From Eledone cirrhosa (Eukaryota): DNA of 64,000 nucleotides. The DNA is taken from NCBI GenBank assembly GCA_964016885.1, contig OZ024756.1, positions 43,710,001 to 43,774,000 on the forward strand, given 5' to 3'. Made by a program: the position numbers and the translations under genes. Below, piece by piece: positions 23,683-39,403 of this stretch; position 1 is the stretch's first letter, and every line of letters starts with the position of its first letter. The notes beneath the pieces are model-generated. The model had not been told where the DNA came from. It did not search any database and worked only from the letters and a program-made list of their open reading frames with translations.

Positions 23683-24325
23683 ATATATATATATATATAA
23701 TATATATATATGTAATATATATTATATATATATATATATATTATATATATATATATTATATATATATATATAATATATATATTATATAATATATATAATA
23801 TATATATTATATATATATATAATATATATATTATATATATAATATATATTATATATATAATATATATATTATATATATAATATATATATTATATATATAT
23901 TATATATATATATATAATATATATATTATATATAATATATATATTATATATATAATATATATTATATATATATATATTATATATATAATATATATATTAT
24001 ATATATATTATATATATATATATAATATATATATTATATATAATATATATATTATATATATAATATATATATTATATATATATATATTATATATATAATA
24101 TATATATTATATATATATTATATATATATAATATATATATTATATATAATATATATATTATATATATAATATATATATTATATATATATATATTATATAT
24201 ATAATATATATATTATATATATATTATATATATATTATATATATATTATATATAATATATATATAATATATATATTATATATATAATATATATTATATAT
24301 ATATTATATATATAATATATATATT

Positions 24326-25254
24326 CATCATTCATCATCATCATCAGGTTTAGCGTCCGTGTTCCACGCTTGCATGGGTTTGGACGGGGGTTTTCCCACT
24401 TGAGGCAAGAGTGGTTGTCTTGCTCGCATAGGACTGTGTGGCGGGTTTTCTACAGCTGGATGCCCTTCCTAACACCAACCACATTTACAGTGTGGGGCTG
24501 GGCGGTTTTTACCGTGTTGCCTACACAGCCACATTACAGCGTGGACTGTCTGGCGGGTTTTCTACAGCTGGATGCCCTTCCTAACACCAACCACATTTAC
24601 AGTGTGAGGCTGGGAGGTTTTTACCGTGTTGCCTACACGGCCACATTTACAGCGTGGACTGTGTTTTTTTGTCGTGACACCTACACGATCTCATTTGTTT
24701 CGGCCTGGATGTTGTGGGACCAACATAACTTTACATTGAAATGGGTGGTGTGGATGAGGTGGAGGTGGTGGGACGGGGTGGGGTGGGGTGGGGGTGATGC
24801 CTACTGACTGTAGTAGGTTTTTACTTTGTATTTAGGTAAGGCGGGTCTTCTCTATTACTGAGTACCGCCAAATGTCTCGGTCCAGTGACATTGTCTTGGA
24901 GAGGTGTAAGCGTGTGAGGTCGGAATTTATCAGCTCGTCCCAGGTTTTTCTGGGTCTGCCTACTCCGTGGCTACCGTCTATCTTTATTGCCCTGCACTTT
25001 GTTACTCAGCTGTCGTCTTTCATGCGCATCACGTGTCCGTACCAACGTAGCCTTCTCTCGAGTAAACAACATCTGATCCCTCTTATTTCTAATTTTTTCC
25101 TTAGTTCGTTTATGCTTAGCCGTTCACGTATATTACTATTGCACATCCAGCGGAGCATGCAAGCTTCGTTCCTCTCTAGTCTGCGTATATCCTCTGCACA
25201 CAATGCCCAGGTCTCACTGCCATGCAGCATTGCTGTTCGTATGCAGGCATCGTA
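24326..25254 (-). mobile_element. RTE family A, 5'-truncated, with ~110-bp duplication in the 3'UTR
   Basis: [17 protein letters not shown]; the segment from GGACTGT(G/C)TGGCGGG to CAGCGT occurs twice (~24431 and ~24543). Confidence 0.92.
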
Positions 25255-25920
25255 TATATATTATATATATAATATATATATTATATATATAATATATATA
25301 TTATATATATATTATATATATATTATATATATATTATATATATTATATATATATTATTTATAATATATTTATAATATATATTATATATATATATATTATA
25401 TATATTATATATATATAATATATATTATATATATATATATATTATATATATAATTTATATATTATATATTATATATATATATATATATTATATACATTAT
25501 ATATATATATATTATATACATTATATATATATTATATATATTATATATATATATATTATATATATTATATATATAATATATATATATATATATAATATAT
25601 ATATATATATATTATATATATAATATATATATTATATATAATATATATATTATATATATATATATATATTATATATATTATATATATATATATTATATAT
25701 ATTATATATATATATATTATATATATATATATTATATATATAACATATATATTATATATATATTATATATATATATATATTATATATATAACATATATAT
25801 TATATATATATATATTATATATATAACATATATATTATATATATTATATATATAACATATATATTATATATATATATATATTATATATATTATATATATA
25901 TAATATATTATATATATATT

Positions 25921-28900
25921 ATTTCATTTCATTTGAGTTTGAGTCCATGCTCAGGCCAAGTCGAAGACTCCAGCCTCAGAGTCTGGTGTGGTTGCCAGGT
26001 TGGATTCTCTGTTTAATTTTGACATGTGTAGGAGTGAGTTTGAGTCAGTTTGTGCTCGTTGTGTATATCCTGGGAGATGGGGTTCATCTCTAATGGTGCT
26101 TAAGTATCTATCCAGCTGCAATTTGAATGATTCCACACCGCATCCTGATAGATTTCTGACATTTACCGGAATGGAGTTGAATAGTTGTGCCCCTCGAACC
26201 AACATACTTGACTCTCGCAGGATTTTTGCTGCCTGGCCAGCCCTTTTGTTGATTGGTGGTAGCTGGCAGCGTCTTCCGTGGCGCAGTGAGTGGTAGGTTT
26301 TGATACCAAAGTTTGGCACCTTTTGCTCTATCATTTTCCAAATGTATATAATTCGGTATCGCTCAAATCTTCTTTCTATTGAGTACATCTTCAAGGTTTT
26401 GAGTCTTTGCCAATAGTCCAGGTCCCTCGTTTCTGAGAAGTATGAGGTAAAATTTCTTTGGAGCGATTCCATCTTAGATAGTTGGCCAGGGGGTTTTCAT
26501 TGTTGAGGTATCTCTTGATTTGAAGGTGCGCAAGATCCACCCGCTGTACTTTCTTGCAGTAAGACAGACTGAGTCAAGGTGTTCTCTGAATTTTAGGCTG
26601 GTTCCCATGTGGATGCCTAAATCTTTCACACACTGTTTTTCCATTATTTGTTGTCCTGATGGGTTTCTGTAGTTTGTTGTATTTTTCAGATCTTGATCTG
26701 TTCCGTAGCGAATTAGTTCAAACTTCTTATCATTGAACAACATGTTGTTTGTTTCCTGCCATTTGTATATGGTGGTCAGGTCCTTTTGTAAGGCCTCTGT
26801 ATCCACCTCATCTTTGATTTGTTTCTTGACCCTGGTGTCATCAGCAAAGGATGAGACGTTGCTGGTTGTATCTTCATCTATGTCAGAGATGAGGATGAGA
26901 AACAGGATCAGGCCGAGTACTGTACCCTGAGGAACACTGCTGGTCACAGGTGATGGTGTTGAATGGGTTCCATTCACAGTGACTGTTTGAGTTCTATTTG
27001 TAAGGAACTCATGTATCCATGTACCAACTTTTCCTCCTACTCCTAGCTTTCGAAGTTTGTGTCCCAGGATGCCATGATCTACCTTGTCAAATGCCTTGGC
27101 AAAGTCGAGGTAAATAACATCTGTGTTGTATCCATTCTCTAGATTTTCTAGGATTTGGTCATGGTGTGCCAGTAGTTGGGAAAGACATGATCTACCTAAC
27201 CTGAATCCATGCTGGTTGCAATTCATCAGATTGTTGGATTCCAGGAACTCAACCAGTTTTCCACGAACTATTCTTTCGAAGACCTTGATAATGTGTGATG
27301 TCAGTGAGATTGGTCGGTAGTTCTTTGGTTTTGATTTGCTGTCCCCTTTATGTATTGGAGTTACGTGTGCTTTTTTATATGTATTTGGTATTTTGCCATT
27401 CTCCATAGATTCCTTCCATATCATGTAAAGGGGTTTCAACAATTGTACCTTGCAGTTTTTAAGTATCATGGCATTGAAACCATCAGGCCCTGCAGCCGAG
27501 TGCATGGAGAGCTTGTCTATGGCTCTTTCTATGTCTTCTGGGTTGAAATCAATGTCGGATAGGGTAGGTTTAGTATGGTCGATATCCTTGAAGAATTCTC
27601 CTGGGTCATGGATCTTCATGGTTTTAGATGGCTCACTGAAGACACTTTTATACTGTTGACCCAACATTTCTGCCATTTCAATAGGGTTATTCACTACATC
27701 CCCATTTTGTCTCTGGAGAGGTCCTATTGTTGACTTGGTATTCGAGTATTTCTTTGCAAAACTGTAGAAACATTTTGGATTTTTCTTGATGTTTTCTATG
27801 GCTCTCTTTTCTGCATTGTTACGTTCTTCATCATAGTGTTGTTTTAGATTGTCTTCTAATCTGTATATTTGGTCAAGGACTTTCTGTAGTTCATGTTTTG
27901 ATGTCAGCTTAGATGTTTTGTTTCTTAGTCTTGACCTTTTGCGCATCAGGATCTTTCGCTCCCGTGGTACAGGTTTTTTTGTGGATTTGGTTTTCTTAAG
28001 AGGAATATGTTTTGCACATATTTCTTCGATCTTGTTTAAGAATTTCTTGTGTTTATCTGGCCCAGTAAGGTAGAGATCCCAGTCAATGATTTGTAACTGG
28101 TTGTTAATAGTTTCCCAATTTGCCTGGTGATAATCATACCTGCATAGCTTTGGCATGTCCTTTTGTTTAAGAGTTGTGGCATTGGGCTCATTACCAATGT
28201 GTAAATGCATTTCAATAATATTGTGGTCTGAAAGGATTGTTGGGGTTGAGTGAAGGTCAAATAGCGTGTCCTCGTTGTTGGTGAAAACCAAGTCGATCGT
28301 ATTATTATTTCTAGTTGCTTCTGTCATCATTTGTTTGAGGTATAATTTCTCTGTGACTTCCAACAGTTTGGCTGCCTGTATTTGTTCAGCTTTTGTCCCC
28401 AGTTTTAGTATGTGTCCATGTGATGTTAGGGAAGTTGAAGTCACCAAGGAGGATAATGTCTGGCATTGGACTCGCCATGTTTCCCAGAATTTGTTGGAGC
28501 TTTGTCAGTGGCTCAGTGAAGGATAATGTTGGGCTGTTTGGCGGTCTGTACATTATTGTTACAACTGTATTAAGTTGGATGATTTTTATGCACAGCAGGT
28601 TGCAGTAGGCATTTGATTCATTGACAAGTTCTATGCATGCATAGGTATCATGGATATACATGATAACGCCCCCATGGGATCTGCCTTGTCTATCACATCT
28701 GAAGATGTTGAATCCATTCATTGAGATTTCGCTGTTGCGGATGTTTTCGTTGAGATGACTTTCAGTAATTCCAATTATTTTGGAGTTGTTTTCTGTTGGT
28801 AATTCTTCCAAGAAAGGGACTTTACACCGTTTTGTTTTCAGATAAAGACCCTGGATATTTGCTGTTATTACGCTTGTTGTACCTGATACATCTGCCCTAT

Positions 28901-28995
28901 TGTTGGCAAGACTGTTGTAGTTGCTGGGACTGTGCTGACTGGATATTCGGTCTGCTGGGCTGTCTGTATTTGTTGTATGTGCCCTGTAAGTCCAT
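25921..28995 (-). mobile_element. CR1-clade LINE, near-complete ORF2 (EN+RT) broken by two frameshifts
   Basis: ORF pieces 28386-28811, 26474-28447 and 25951-26472: GITESHL, FRCDR, YRPP, GDFNFP, IDLVFTN, SDH; NQHGF, YLDFAKAFD, VPQGTVLG, FADD, KDLGI; (AAATG)n tail. Clade assigned from motif style only. Confidence 0.88.
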
Positions 28996-29163
28996 ATATA
29001 TATAATATATATAATATATATATTATTTATATATATAATATATTATATATATCTATATATTATATATATAATATATAATATATATATAATATATATATAA
29101 TATATATATAATATATATATAATATATATATTATATATATATAAAATATATATTATATATATA

Positions 29164-29320
29164 ATGTAAATGTGGTTGGTGTTAGGAAGGGCATCCAACT
29201 GTAGAAAACCCGCCAGACAGTCCTATGCGAGCAAGACAACCACTCTTGCCTCAAGTGGGAAAACCCCCATCCAAACCCATGCAAGCGTGGAACACGGACG
29301 CTAAACCTGATGATGATGAT
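29164..29320 (+). mobile_element. RTE family A extreme 3' fragment
   Basis: GGTTGGTGTTAGGAAGGGCATCC...GGACGCTAAACC(TGA)n. Confidence 0.9.
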
Positions 29321-29359
29321 ATATATATTATTTATATATATAATATATATATTATATAT

Positions 29360-30522
29360 ATCATCATCATCATCATCATCATCACCGTTTTACGTCCGTT
29401 CTTCCACGCTAGCATGGGTTAGACGGGTTGTCCTGTTGTGGGCAGTGTCTGGTCGGCTGACCATGCCTTGCTCATACAGGAACTGATCTGGCTTGATTTC
29501 TACAGCTGGATGCCCTTCCTAACACCAACCTCATTTACAGTGAGTGCTGGGTGCTTTTTCGTGGCGCCTACACGTCCACTTTACAGTGTGGGCTGGGTGC
29601 TTTTTTGCCGTGGCACCTCCACGACCACCTTGCGGTGGGGGGGGGGGGGGGCATATTGTTTATATGCTTCAGCATGTACCCATGGGAGGTCGGGTACCCT
29701 GTATTACTGCGTGACGCCAGAAGTCACGGTCGTGTGTCATTGACTTTGAGAGGTGTAGTTGGGTAAGGTCGGCTTTTATCACCTCATCCCAAGTCATCTT
29801 GGGTCTCCCCACTCCGCGGTTTCCATCAACTTCTAGTGCTCTGCACCTTTTTATGCAGCTGTCAGCCTTCATACGCATCACATGTCCATACCAGCGTAAC
29901 CGCCTCTCCTGCACGCAGCATTTGATTCCTCTTATGCTCAGTCTCTCTCTCAATTCATTTATGCTTTGTCGTTCACGTATATTACTGTTACACATCCATC
30001 GGAGCATGCAGGCTTCGTTTCTCTCTAATCTACGTAAGTCTTCCACCTTCAGCGCCCAGGTCTCACTACCATGCAACATCGCTGTTCGGATACACGCATC
30101 ATACAGTCTGCCTTTCATTCTGAGGGAGAAGCCTTTTGCAGCTAGCAGTGGTAGTAGTTCCCTAAACTTCTTCCATCCCGTTCTTACCCTAGTTATTGTA
30201 CTTTCTGAGCACCCACCTCCGTTGCTAATTCGGTCACCTAGGTAGCAGAAGCTGTCTACTGTTTCTACAGGGCCCTCCCAGAGATTGGTGGTACTTGTTT
30301 CCTGTGGCTGTTTGCTTGCTGTTTCAGCACAGCTGCTGCATGTGAATCCTACATTCTTAATTAAGCTTCCTGAGATCCCGCTACATCTCTTGTGTACCCA
30401 TTGTTTGCATTTGGGGCAAAGAATGGAGTTCCTACCTACACCTTTCCTACATACTGAGCAAGGCCATTTCCCTGAGGGGATCTGGGTTCTGTTTTCTCGT
30501 CTACTTATAAGGACCTTAGTCT
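29360..30522 (-). mobile_element. RTE family B, 5'-truncated copy
   Basis: Near-identical to 9364-10512. Confidence 0.95.
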
Positions 30523-30985
30523 ATATATATTATATATATAATATATATATATTATATATATAATATATATATATTATATATATAATATATATATATTATA
30601 TATATAATATATAAATATTAATATATATATATAATATATATATTATATATATAATATATATATTATATATATTATATATATATATATAATATATATATTA
30701 TATATATATTATTTATATAATATATATATTATTTATATAATATATATATTATATATATATATATTATACATATATATATAATATATATATTATTTATATA
30801 ATATATATTGTATATATATTATATGAATATATATAATATATATATATAATATATATATTATATATATATTATATATATTATATATATATATATTATATAT
30901 ATATATATATATTATATATATATATATATTATATATATATTATATATATATATATATATATTATGTTATATATATATATATATTA

Positions 30986-31238
30986 TCATCATCATCAGGT
31001 TTAGCGTCCGTGTTCCACGCTTGCATGGGTTTGGACGGGGGTTTTCCCACTTGAGGCAAGAGTGGTTGTCTTGCTCACATAGGACTGTCTGGCGGGTTTT
31101 CTACAGCTGGATGCCCTTCCTAACACCAACCACATTTACATTGTGGGGCTGGGAGGTTTTTACCGTGTTGCCTACACGGCCACATTACAGCGTGGACTGT
31201 GTGTTTTTTTGTCGTGACACCTACACGATCTCATTTGT
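30986..31238 (-). mobile_element. RTE family A 3'UTR fragment
   Basis: Tail plus partial 3'UTR. Confidence 0.9.
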
Positions 31239-32448
31239 ATTATATATATATATTATATATATAAATATATATATTATATATATATTATATATAAATATAT
31301 ATATTATATATATATATTATATATAAATATATATATATATATATATTATATATAAATATATATATATATATATTATATATTATATATATATTATATATAT
31401 ATATTATTATATATAAATATATATATATATATATATTATATTATATATATATTATATATATATATATAATATATATAAATATATATATATATATATTATA
31501 TATATATTATATATATATATATATAATATATATATTATATATATAATATATATATTATATATAAATATATATATTATATAAATATATATATTATATTTAT
31601 ATATTTATATAAATATATATATATTATATATATATTATATATATATATTATATATATATATATTATATATATATATATTATATATATATATAAATATATA
31701 TATATATAAATATATATATATATAAATATATATATATTATATATATATTATATATATATTAAATATATTATATATTAAATATATATATTATATATATAAA
31801 TATATATAAATATATATATTATATATATAAATATATATATTATATATATATTATATATATAAATATATATATTATATATATAAATATATATATTATATAT
31901 TAAATATATATATTATATATTAAATATATATATTATATATTAAATATATATATTATATATTAAATATATATATTATATATTAAATATATATATTATATAT
32001 AAATATATATATTATATATTAATATATATAAATATATATATTATATATATAAATATATATTATATATATAAATATATATATTAAATAAATATATTATATA
32101 TTAAATATATATTATATATTAAATATATATATTATATATTAAATATATATATTATATATTAAATATATATATTATATATTATATATTAAATATATATATT
32201 ATATATTATATATATAAATATATATATTATATATATAAATATATATATTAAATATATATATTATATATATAAATATATATATTAAATATATATATTATAT
32301 ATTAAATATATATATTATATATTAAATATATATATTATATATTATATATATAAATATATATATTATATATTATATATTAAATATATATATTATATATATA
32401 AATATATATATTATATATATATATATTATATATATATATAAATAAATA

Positions 32449-32509
<61 letters not shown>

Positions 32510-33142
32510 AAAGTTCTATTTAAATTGTTGGGATACAAGCAAATATTTTTATAACTGATATGAAGCACTCAACAAATTATTGGAGTAAAAATACGATATA
32601 TTAACAAATGGAAACTATATTTATAAAACCATATTTCATTATACATATTTCAAGAACACCAAGTTAAATTATGGTGTGCTTTCATCAAAATATAATATAG
32701 ATCAGTTATATAAATAAATATTGACATATCCTTAAAGAATGCGACCATTTCTGTTGGAAGCTCCTGAATAGTGGGGTTTTAAATTTATTCATACTATTAT
32801 GCAAATTAGTGTCGTATATATTTAAATCACAGTACATTTAAAATAAGCCATTGGGGTATGGAGAAAGGGAAACAAAAGAAAAAGAAAAAAGAGAAAAAAA
32901 ACAAACTAAGAGGAAAATAAGAAAACAAGAAAAAGAGAAATATATATATATATATATATAAATATATATATAAATATATATATATTATATATATATATAT
33001 AAATATATATATAAATATATATATATATAAATATATATATATATAAATATATATATAAATATATATATAAATATATATATATATATTATATAAATATATA
33101 TATAAATATATATATATATATATTATATATATATATAAATAT

Positions 33143-34288
33143 ATGTGTAGGAAAGGCGTAGGTAGAAACTCCATTTTATGTCCCAAATGCAAAGTATGGG
33201 TGCATAAAAGATGTTGTGGGATCACAGGTAAGCTAACTAAGAACACAGATTTTACATGTGGCCGGTGCTCTGGTGCAATAAGTAGCAGCAAGTGCCCACA
33301 AAATACTAACTCTTTCAATTGCGCAGAGGGTTCTATAGAAATAGTGGACAACTTCCGTTACCTGGGTGACAAAATCAGCAGTGGGGGAGGGTGCTTTTAA
33401 AGTACAGTAGCTCGAGTCAGAACTGGATGGAAAAAGTTCAGAGAGCTTATACCACTATTAGCCGCTAAAGGGTTCTCCCTAAAAATGAAAGGCAGGTTGT
33501 ATGATGCCTGCATACGAACAGCAATGTTGCATGGCAGTGAGACCTGGGCATTGTGTGCAGAGGATATACGCAGACTAGAGAGGAACGAAGCTTGCATGCT
33601 CCGCTGGATGTGTAATAGTAATATACGTGAACGGCAAAGCATAATCGAACTAAGGAAAAAATTAGAAATAAGAGGGATCAGATGTTGTTTACTCGAGAGA
33701 AGGCTACGTTGGTATGGTCACGTGATGCGCATGAAAGACGACAGCTGTATAACAAAGTGCAGGGCAATAAAGATAGATGGTAGCCACGGAGTAGGCAGAC
33801 CCAGGAAAACCTGGGACGAGCTGATAAATTCCGACCTCACACACTTACACCTCTCCAAGACAATGTCACTGGACCGAGACCTTTGTAGGTACTCAGTAAC
33901 AGAGAAGACCCGCCTTACCTAAATACAAAGTAAAACCTACTAGTCAGTAGGCATCTCTAACAAAATACACCCCCAACACATCCACCATGCCCCCTTCAAT
34001 GCAAAGTTATGTTGGTGCCACAACATCCAGGCCGAAACAAACGAGATCGTGTAGGTGTCACGACAAAAAAACACACAGTCCACGCTGTAATGTGACCGTG
34101 TAGGCAACACGGTAAAAACCTCCCAGCCCCACACTGTAAATGTGGTTGGTGTTAGGAAGGGCATCCAGCTGTAGAAAACCCGCCAGACAGTCCTATGCGA
34201 GCAAGACAACGGCTCTTGCCTCAAGTGGGAAAACTCCCGTCCAAACCCATGCAAGCGTGGAACAGGGACGTTAAACGATGATGATGAT
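33143..34288 (+). mobile_element. RTE family A, 5'-truncated copy
   Basis: Starts within the PHD codons (CRKGVGRNS); one premature stop; 3'UTR and tail present. Confidence 0.95.
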
Positions 34289-34358
34289 ATATATAAATAT
34301 ATATATTATATATATATATTATATATATATATATACATTATATATATATTATATATAT

Positions 34359-34392
<34 letters not shown>

Positions 34393-34422
34393 CATATATC
34401 TATATATATATACATATATCTA

Positions 34423-34456
<34 letters not shown>

Positions 34457-34465
34457 CATATATAT

Positions 34466-34517
<52 letters not shown>

Positions 34518-34542
34518 TTATATATATACACATATATATATC

Positions 34543-34663
<121 letters not shown>

Positions 34664-34673
34664 TTATATATAT

Positions 34674-34724
<51 letters not shown>

Positions 34725-34730
34725 CACACA

Positions 34731-35034
<304 letters not shown>

Positions 35035-35038
35035 CACA

Positions 35039-35267
<229 letters not shown>

Positions 35268-35279
35268 ATATATATACAT

Positions 35280-35661
<382 letters not shown>

Positions 35662-35663
35662 TA

Positions 35664-35702
<39 letters not shown>

Positions 35703-35715
35703 TATATATATATAT

Positions 35716-35758
<43 letters not shown>

Positions 35759-35845
35759 TATATATATATATACACATATATATATATATATTATATATAT
35801 ATATATACACATATATATATATATATTATATATATATTATATATA

Positions 35846-36625
35846 TCATCATCATCATCATTTTACGTCTGCTTTTCCCTGCATCCAACGGAGCATGCTT
35901 GCCTCATTTCTCTCCAGCCGTCGCATATCTTCTGCGGTTGCTGCCCATGTCTCACTACCATGCAGCATCGCGCTCCTCACACAGGTATCATACAACCGGC
36001 CTTTCGTACGCAGGGAGAAACCCTTCTTCGTCAACAGAGGAATGGTTGGTATGGACACGTGATGCGCATGAAAGTCGATAGCTGTATAACAAAGTGCAGG
36101 GCAATAAAGATAGACGGTAGCCACGGAATAGGCAGACCTAGAAAAACCTGGGATGAGCTGATAAACTCCGACCTCGCACACTTACACCTCTCCAAGACAA
36201 TGTCACTGGACCGAGACCTTTGGCGGTACTCAGTAACAGAGAAGACCCGCCTTGCCAGTAGGCATCGCTAACAAAATACACCCCGTCCCGCCACCACCCC
36301 CACCCCATCCACACCACCCGTTCTATTTTAAGTTATGTTGGTGCCGCGCCATCCAGGCCGAAACAAATGAGATCGTGTAGGTGTCACGACAAAAAAACAC
36401 ACAGTCCACGCTGTAATGTGGCCGTGTAGGCAACACGGTAAAAACCTCCCAGACCCACACTGTAAATGTGGTTGGTGTTAGGAAGGGCATCCAACTGTAG
36501 AAAACCTGCCAGACAGTCCTATGCGAGCAAGACAATCACTCTTGCCTCAAGTGGGACTACCCCCGTCCAAACCCATGCAAGCGTGGAACACGGACGTTAA
36601 ACGTTGATGATGATGATGATGATGA
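35846..36625. mobile_element. Inverted chimera: RTE family C fragment (-, 35846-36042) joined 5'-to-5' to RTE family A fragment (+, ~36045-36625)
   Basis: Junction GTCAACAGAGGAA-TG-GTTGGTATGGACACG; (ATG)n tails at both outer ends. Confidence 0.88.
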
Positions 36626-36647
36626 TATATATATATATATTATATAT

Positions 36648-38390
36648 ATCATCATCATCATCATTTTACGTCCGCTTTTCCCTGCTTGCAAGGGTGGGAC
36701 GGGTCTTATTCAGCACAGCATCTCTCCACTCGTCACGGTCCCTCATCATCTCCACCGTGAGCTTCAATGATCTGAGGTCTGTTCTCACCACCTCCGCCCA
36801 TGTTTTTCGTGGTCTACCTCTACCACGTCTTCCTTCAACTGGCATTTCCTGGCACTTCTTTACCCATCGGTCATCCTCCATGTGCATCACATGTCCATAC
36901 CACCTCAGTCTCCTCTCCCGTACACTACATTCTATCCCTCTCAGGCACAGTTTCTCTCTCAACACATTTATGCTGGGTCGTTCACGCACATTTACACTGC
37001 ACATCCAACGGAGCATGCTTGCCTCATTTCTCTCCAGCCGTCGCATATCCTCTGCAGTTGCTGCCCATGTCTCACTACCATGCAGCATCGCACTCCTCAC
37101 ACAGGCATCATACAACCGGCCTTTCGTACGCAGGGAGAAACCCTTCTTCGTCAACAGAGGAAGCAGCTTTCTAAACTTCTTCCAACCCGTCCTTATTCTA
37201 GATACTATGGCCTCGGAACACCCTCCTCCCATGCTAATCTGATCTCCTAGGTACCGGAAGCTATCCACCACTTCTATAGCGCCATCTCGCATTTGAAAAA
37301 TGTGTCTATCAGTGCGACTTCTACTGTCTAATTTCCCTGTACATCTACTGCATACATATTTCTCCCTACCTGTTAGTTTGCCTGCTATCCCGCTACATCT
37401 CTTGTGTACCCAGGACCTGCATTGTGTGCATTTTATAGAATTTATGCCAGTTCCTTTTCTGCATATCGAACATGGCCATTTCCCTGACGGAATCAGGGTT
37501 TTGTCCTCTTTTCTACTCATTAACACTTTTGTCTTAGCTAGATTTACTCTCAGTCCTCTTGCTTCCAACTGCTGTTTCCATAGCCGGAATTTATTCTCTA
37601 GCTCCTCTATTGATTCTGCTATAAGAGCCAGATCGTCAGCATAGAGAAGTTCCCATGGACAACCAGTCTTAAACTCCTCTGTTATGGCTTGGAGGACTAT
37701 AATGAACAAGAGCGGGCTAAGGACCGAACCTTGATGTACTCCTACTTGTATCTGGAATTCCTCACTAAACTCCATTCCTACCCTGACTTTACTGAGAGTA
37801 CCTCTGTACAAAGTTTGCACTGTCCTCACAAGCCATTCCTCAACACCTAGCTTCCTTAGGGACCACCAGATGACAGATCGGGGTACCCTATCAAAGGCCT
37901 TCTCTAGGTCAACAAAGGCTAAGTATAGTGGCTTATTCTTCTCTAAGAACCTCTCTTGCATTTGTCTCACCAAGAAGAGGGCATCTGTTGTACTCTTCCC
38001 AGGCACAAAACCAAACTGCATCTCATCCAGTTTGACCCTTTCTCTAATTAGTTGTGCTAAAATCCTTTCTGCCACTTTCATAACCTGATCTATCAGTTTT
38101 ATACCCCTATAATTGCTCCTCTCCAAAGCATCCCCTTTACCTTTGTAGCAATTTATGAGAATACTGCTGCACCAGTCTTTGGGTATGACACCACCATATA
38201 TAGCCTGATTGATGATGTGTGCAACCAGTTTAGTGCCTACGTCCCCTGATGCCTTCAGCATCTCAGCAACCATTCCCGATGGTCCGGCCGCCTTACCATG
38301 TTTCATTTCCCTAATCGCCTCTTGGATCCTATATTCGTCAATCTCAATAGCTGGTCCCTCTGTCGGATCTACCAAGGGTAATTTCTCTCT
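36648..38390 (-). mobile_element. RTE family C, 5'-truncated; open RT frame (36666-38375) running up to the tail
   Basis: QFGF, FVDLEKAFD, YADD and PHD motif; diverged from A and B; stop codon directly before (ATG)n, so essentially no 3'UTR. Confidence 0.95.
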
Positions 38391-38640
38391 ATAATATATA
38401 TATACATTATATATATATATTATATATATTATATATATATATATATTATATATATTATATATATATATATATTATATATATATATATATTATATATATTA
38501 TATATATATATACATTATATATATATATTATATATATTATATATATATATATACATTATATATATATATTATATATATTATATATATATATACATTATAT
38601 ATATATATTAAATATATTATATATATATATATATTATATA

Positions 38641-38944
38641 TGAATTATAAGAATCAAAGAACAGTTCAAAACATTTTTATGCTTACAACTGTTTCCTCCA
38701 AACCGAGGTTTGGATTCTTCGGAGCAATTTATTATTGAATGAATACTTATATGACTTCCTTTTCACCCAAGAGACATACAGATACATATGCAAATATTGT
38801 GGGTCAACATTCATTACAGCATTTAGTGTGGCAGTACACATTTAGAGATTACATTCATATTAAAAGATACAATCAAAAATACAGGTTAAAATACAACATG
38901 AAATTAAGCGGTTATAGAGTGTAATGGTTAAATAGTATAATTAA

Positions 38945-38948
<4 letters not shown>
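38641..38948 (-). mobile_element. Probable Penelope-like pLTR fragment
   Basis: Unique island inside (TA)n containing a minimal hammerhead fold. Confidence 0.55.
38680..38726 (-). ncRNA. Minimal type I hammerhead ribozyme fold (U4C core variant)
   Basis: TGCT-CCGAAGA-ATCCAAACC-TC-GGTTTGGAG-GAAA-C-AGTT-GTA|AGCA: stems I and II pair, 2-bp stem III. Confidence 0.68.
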
Positions 38949-38992
<44 letters not shown>

Positions 38993-39012
38993 TATATAAA
39001 TATATATTATAT

Positions 39013-39362
39013 ATCATTTCATTTCATTCATTTCATTTTTACGTCCACTTTTTCCCTGCTTGCAAGGGTGGGACGGGAACTGATTTTGGCTTGATTTCTA
39101 CAGCTGGATGCCCTTCCTTATACCAACCTCATTTACAGTGAGAGCTGGGTGCTTTTTTTGCCGTGGCACCTCCACGACCACTTTGCAGTGGAATGATAGG
39201 GACTGGGGTCCCTATCATCTCATTTCTACAGCTGAGTAAACTGGAGCAATGTGAAATAAAGTGTCTTGCTCAAGGAAACAACACACCACCTGGTCTGAGA
39301 ATTGAACTTACAACCTTTCGATTGCAAGGCCAATGCTCTAACCACTTAGCCATGTGCCTCCA
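39013..39362 (-). mobile_element. CORE-type SINE (family 2), full length
   Basis: Reverse complement of 49599-49943. Confidence 0.9.
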
Positions 39363-39403
39363 TATATATATATATATTATATATATATATATATTATATA
39401 TAT

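Noticed and set aside
32507-32940. Unique island in nest 2 as a gene or ribozyme
   Set aside because: No ORF, splice pattern or complete core found; probably an unclassified repeat fragment.
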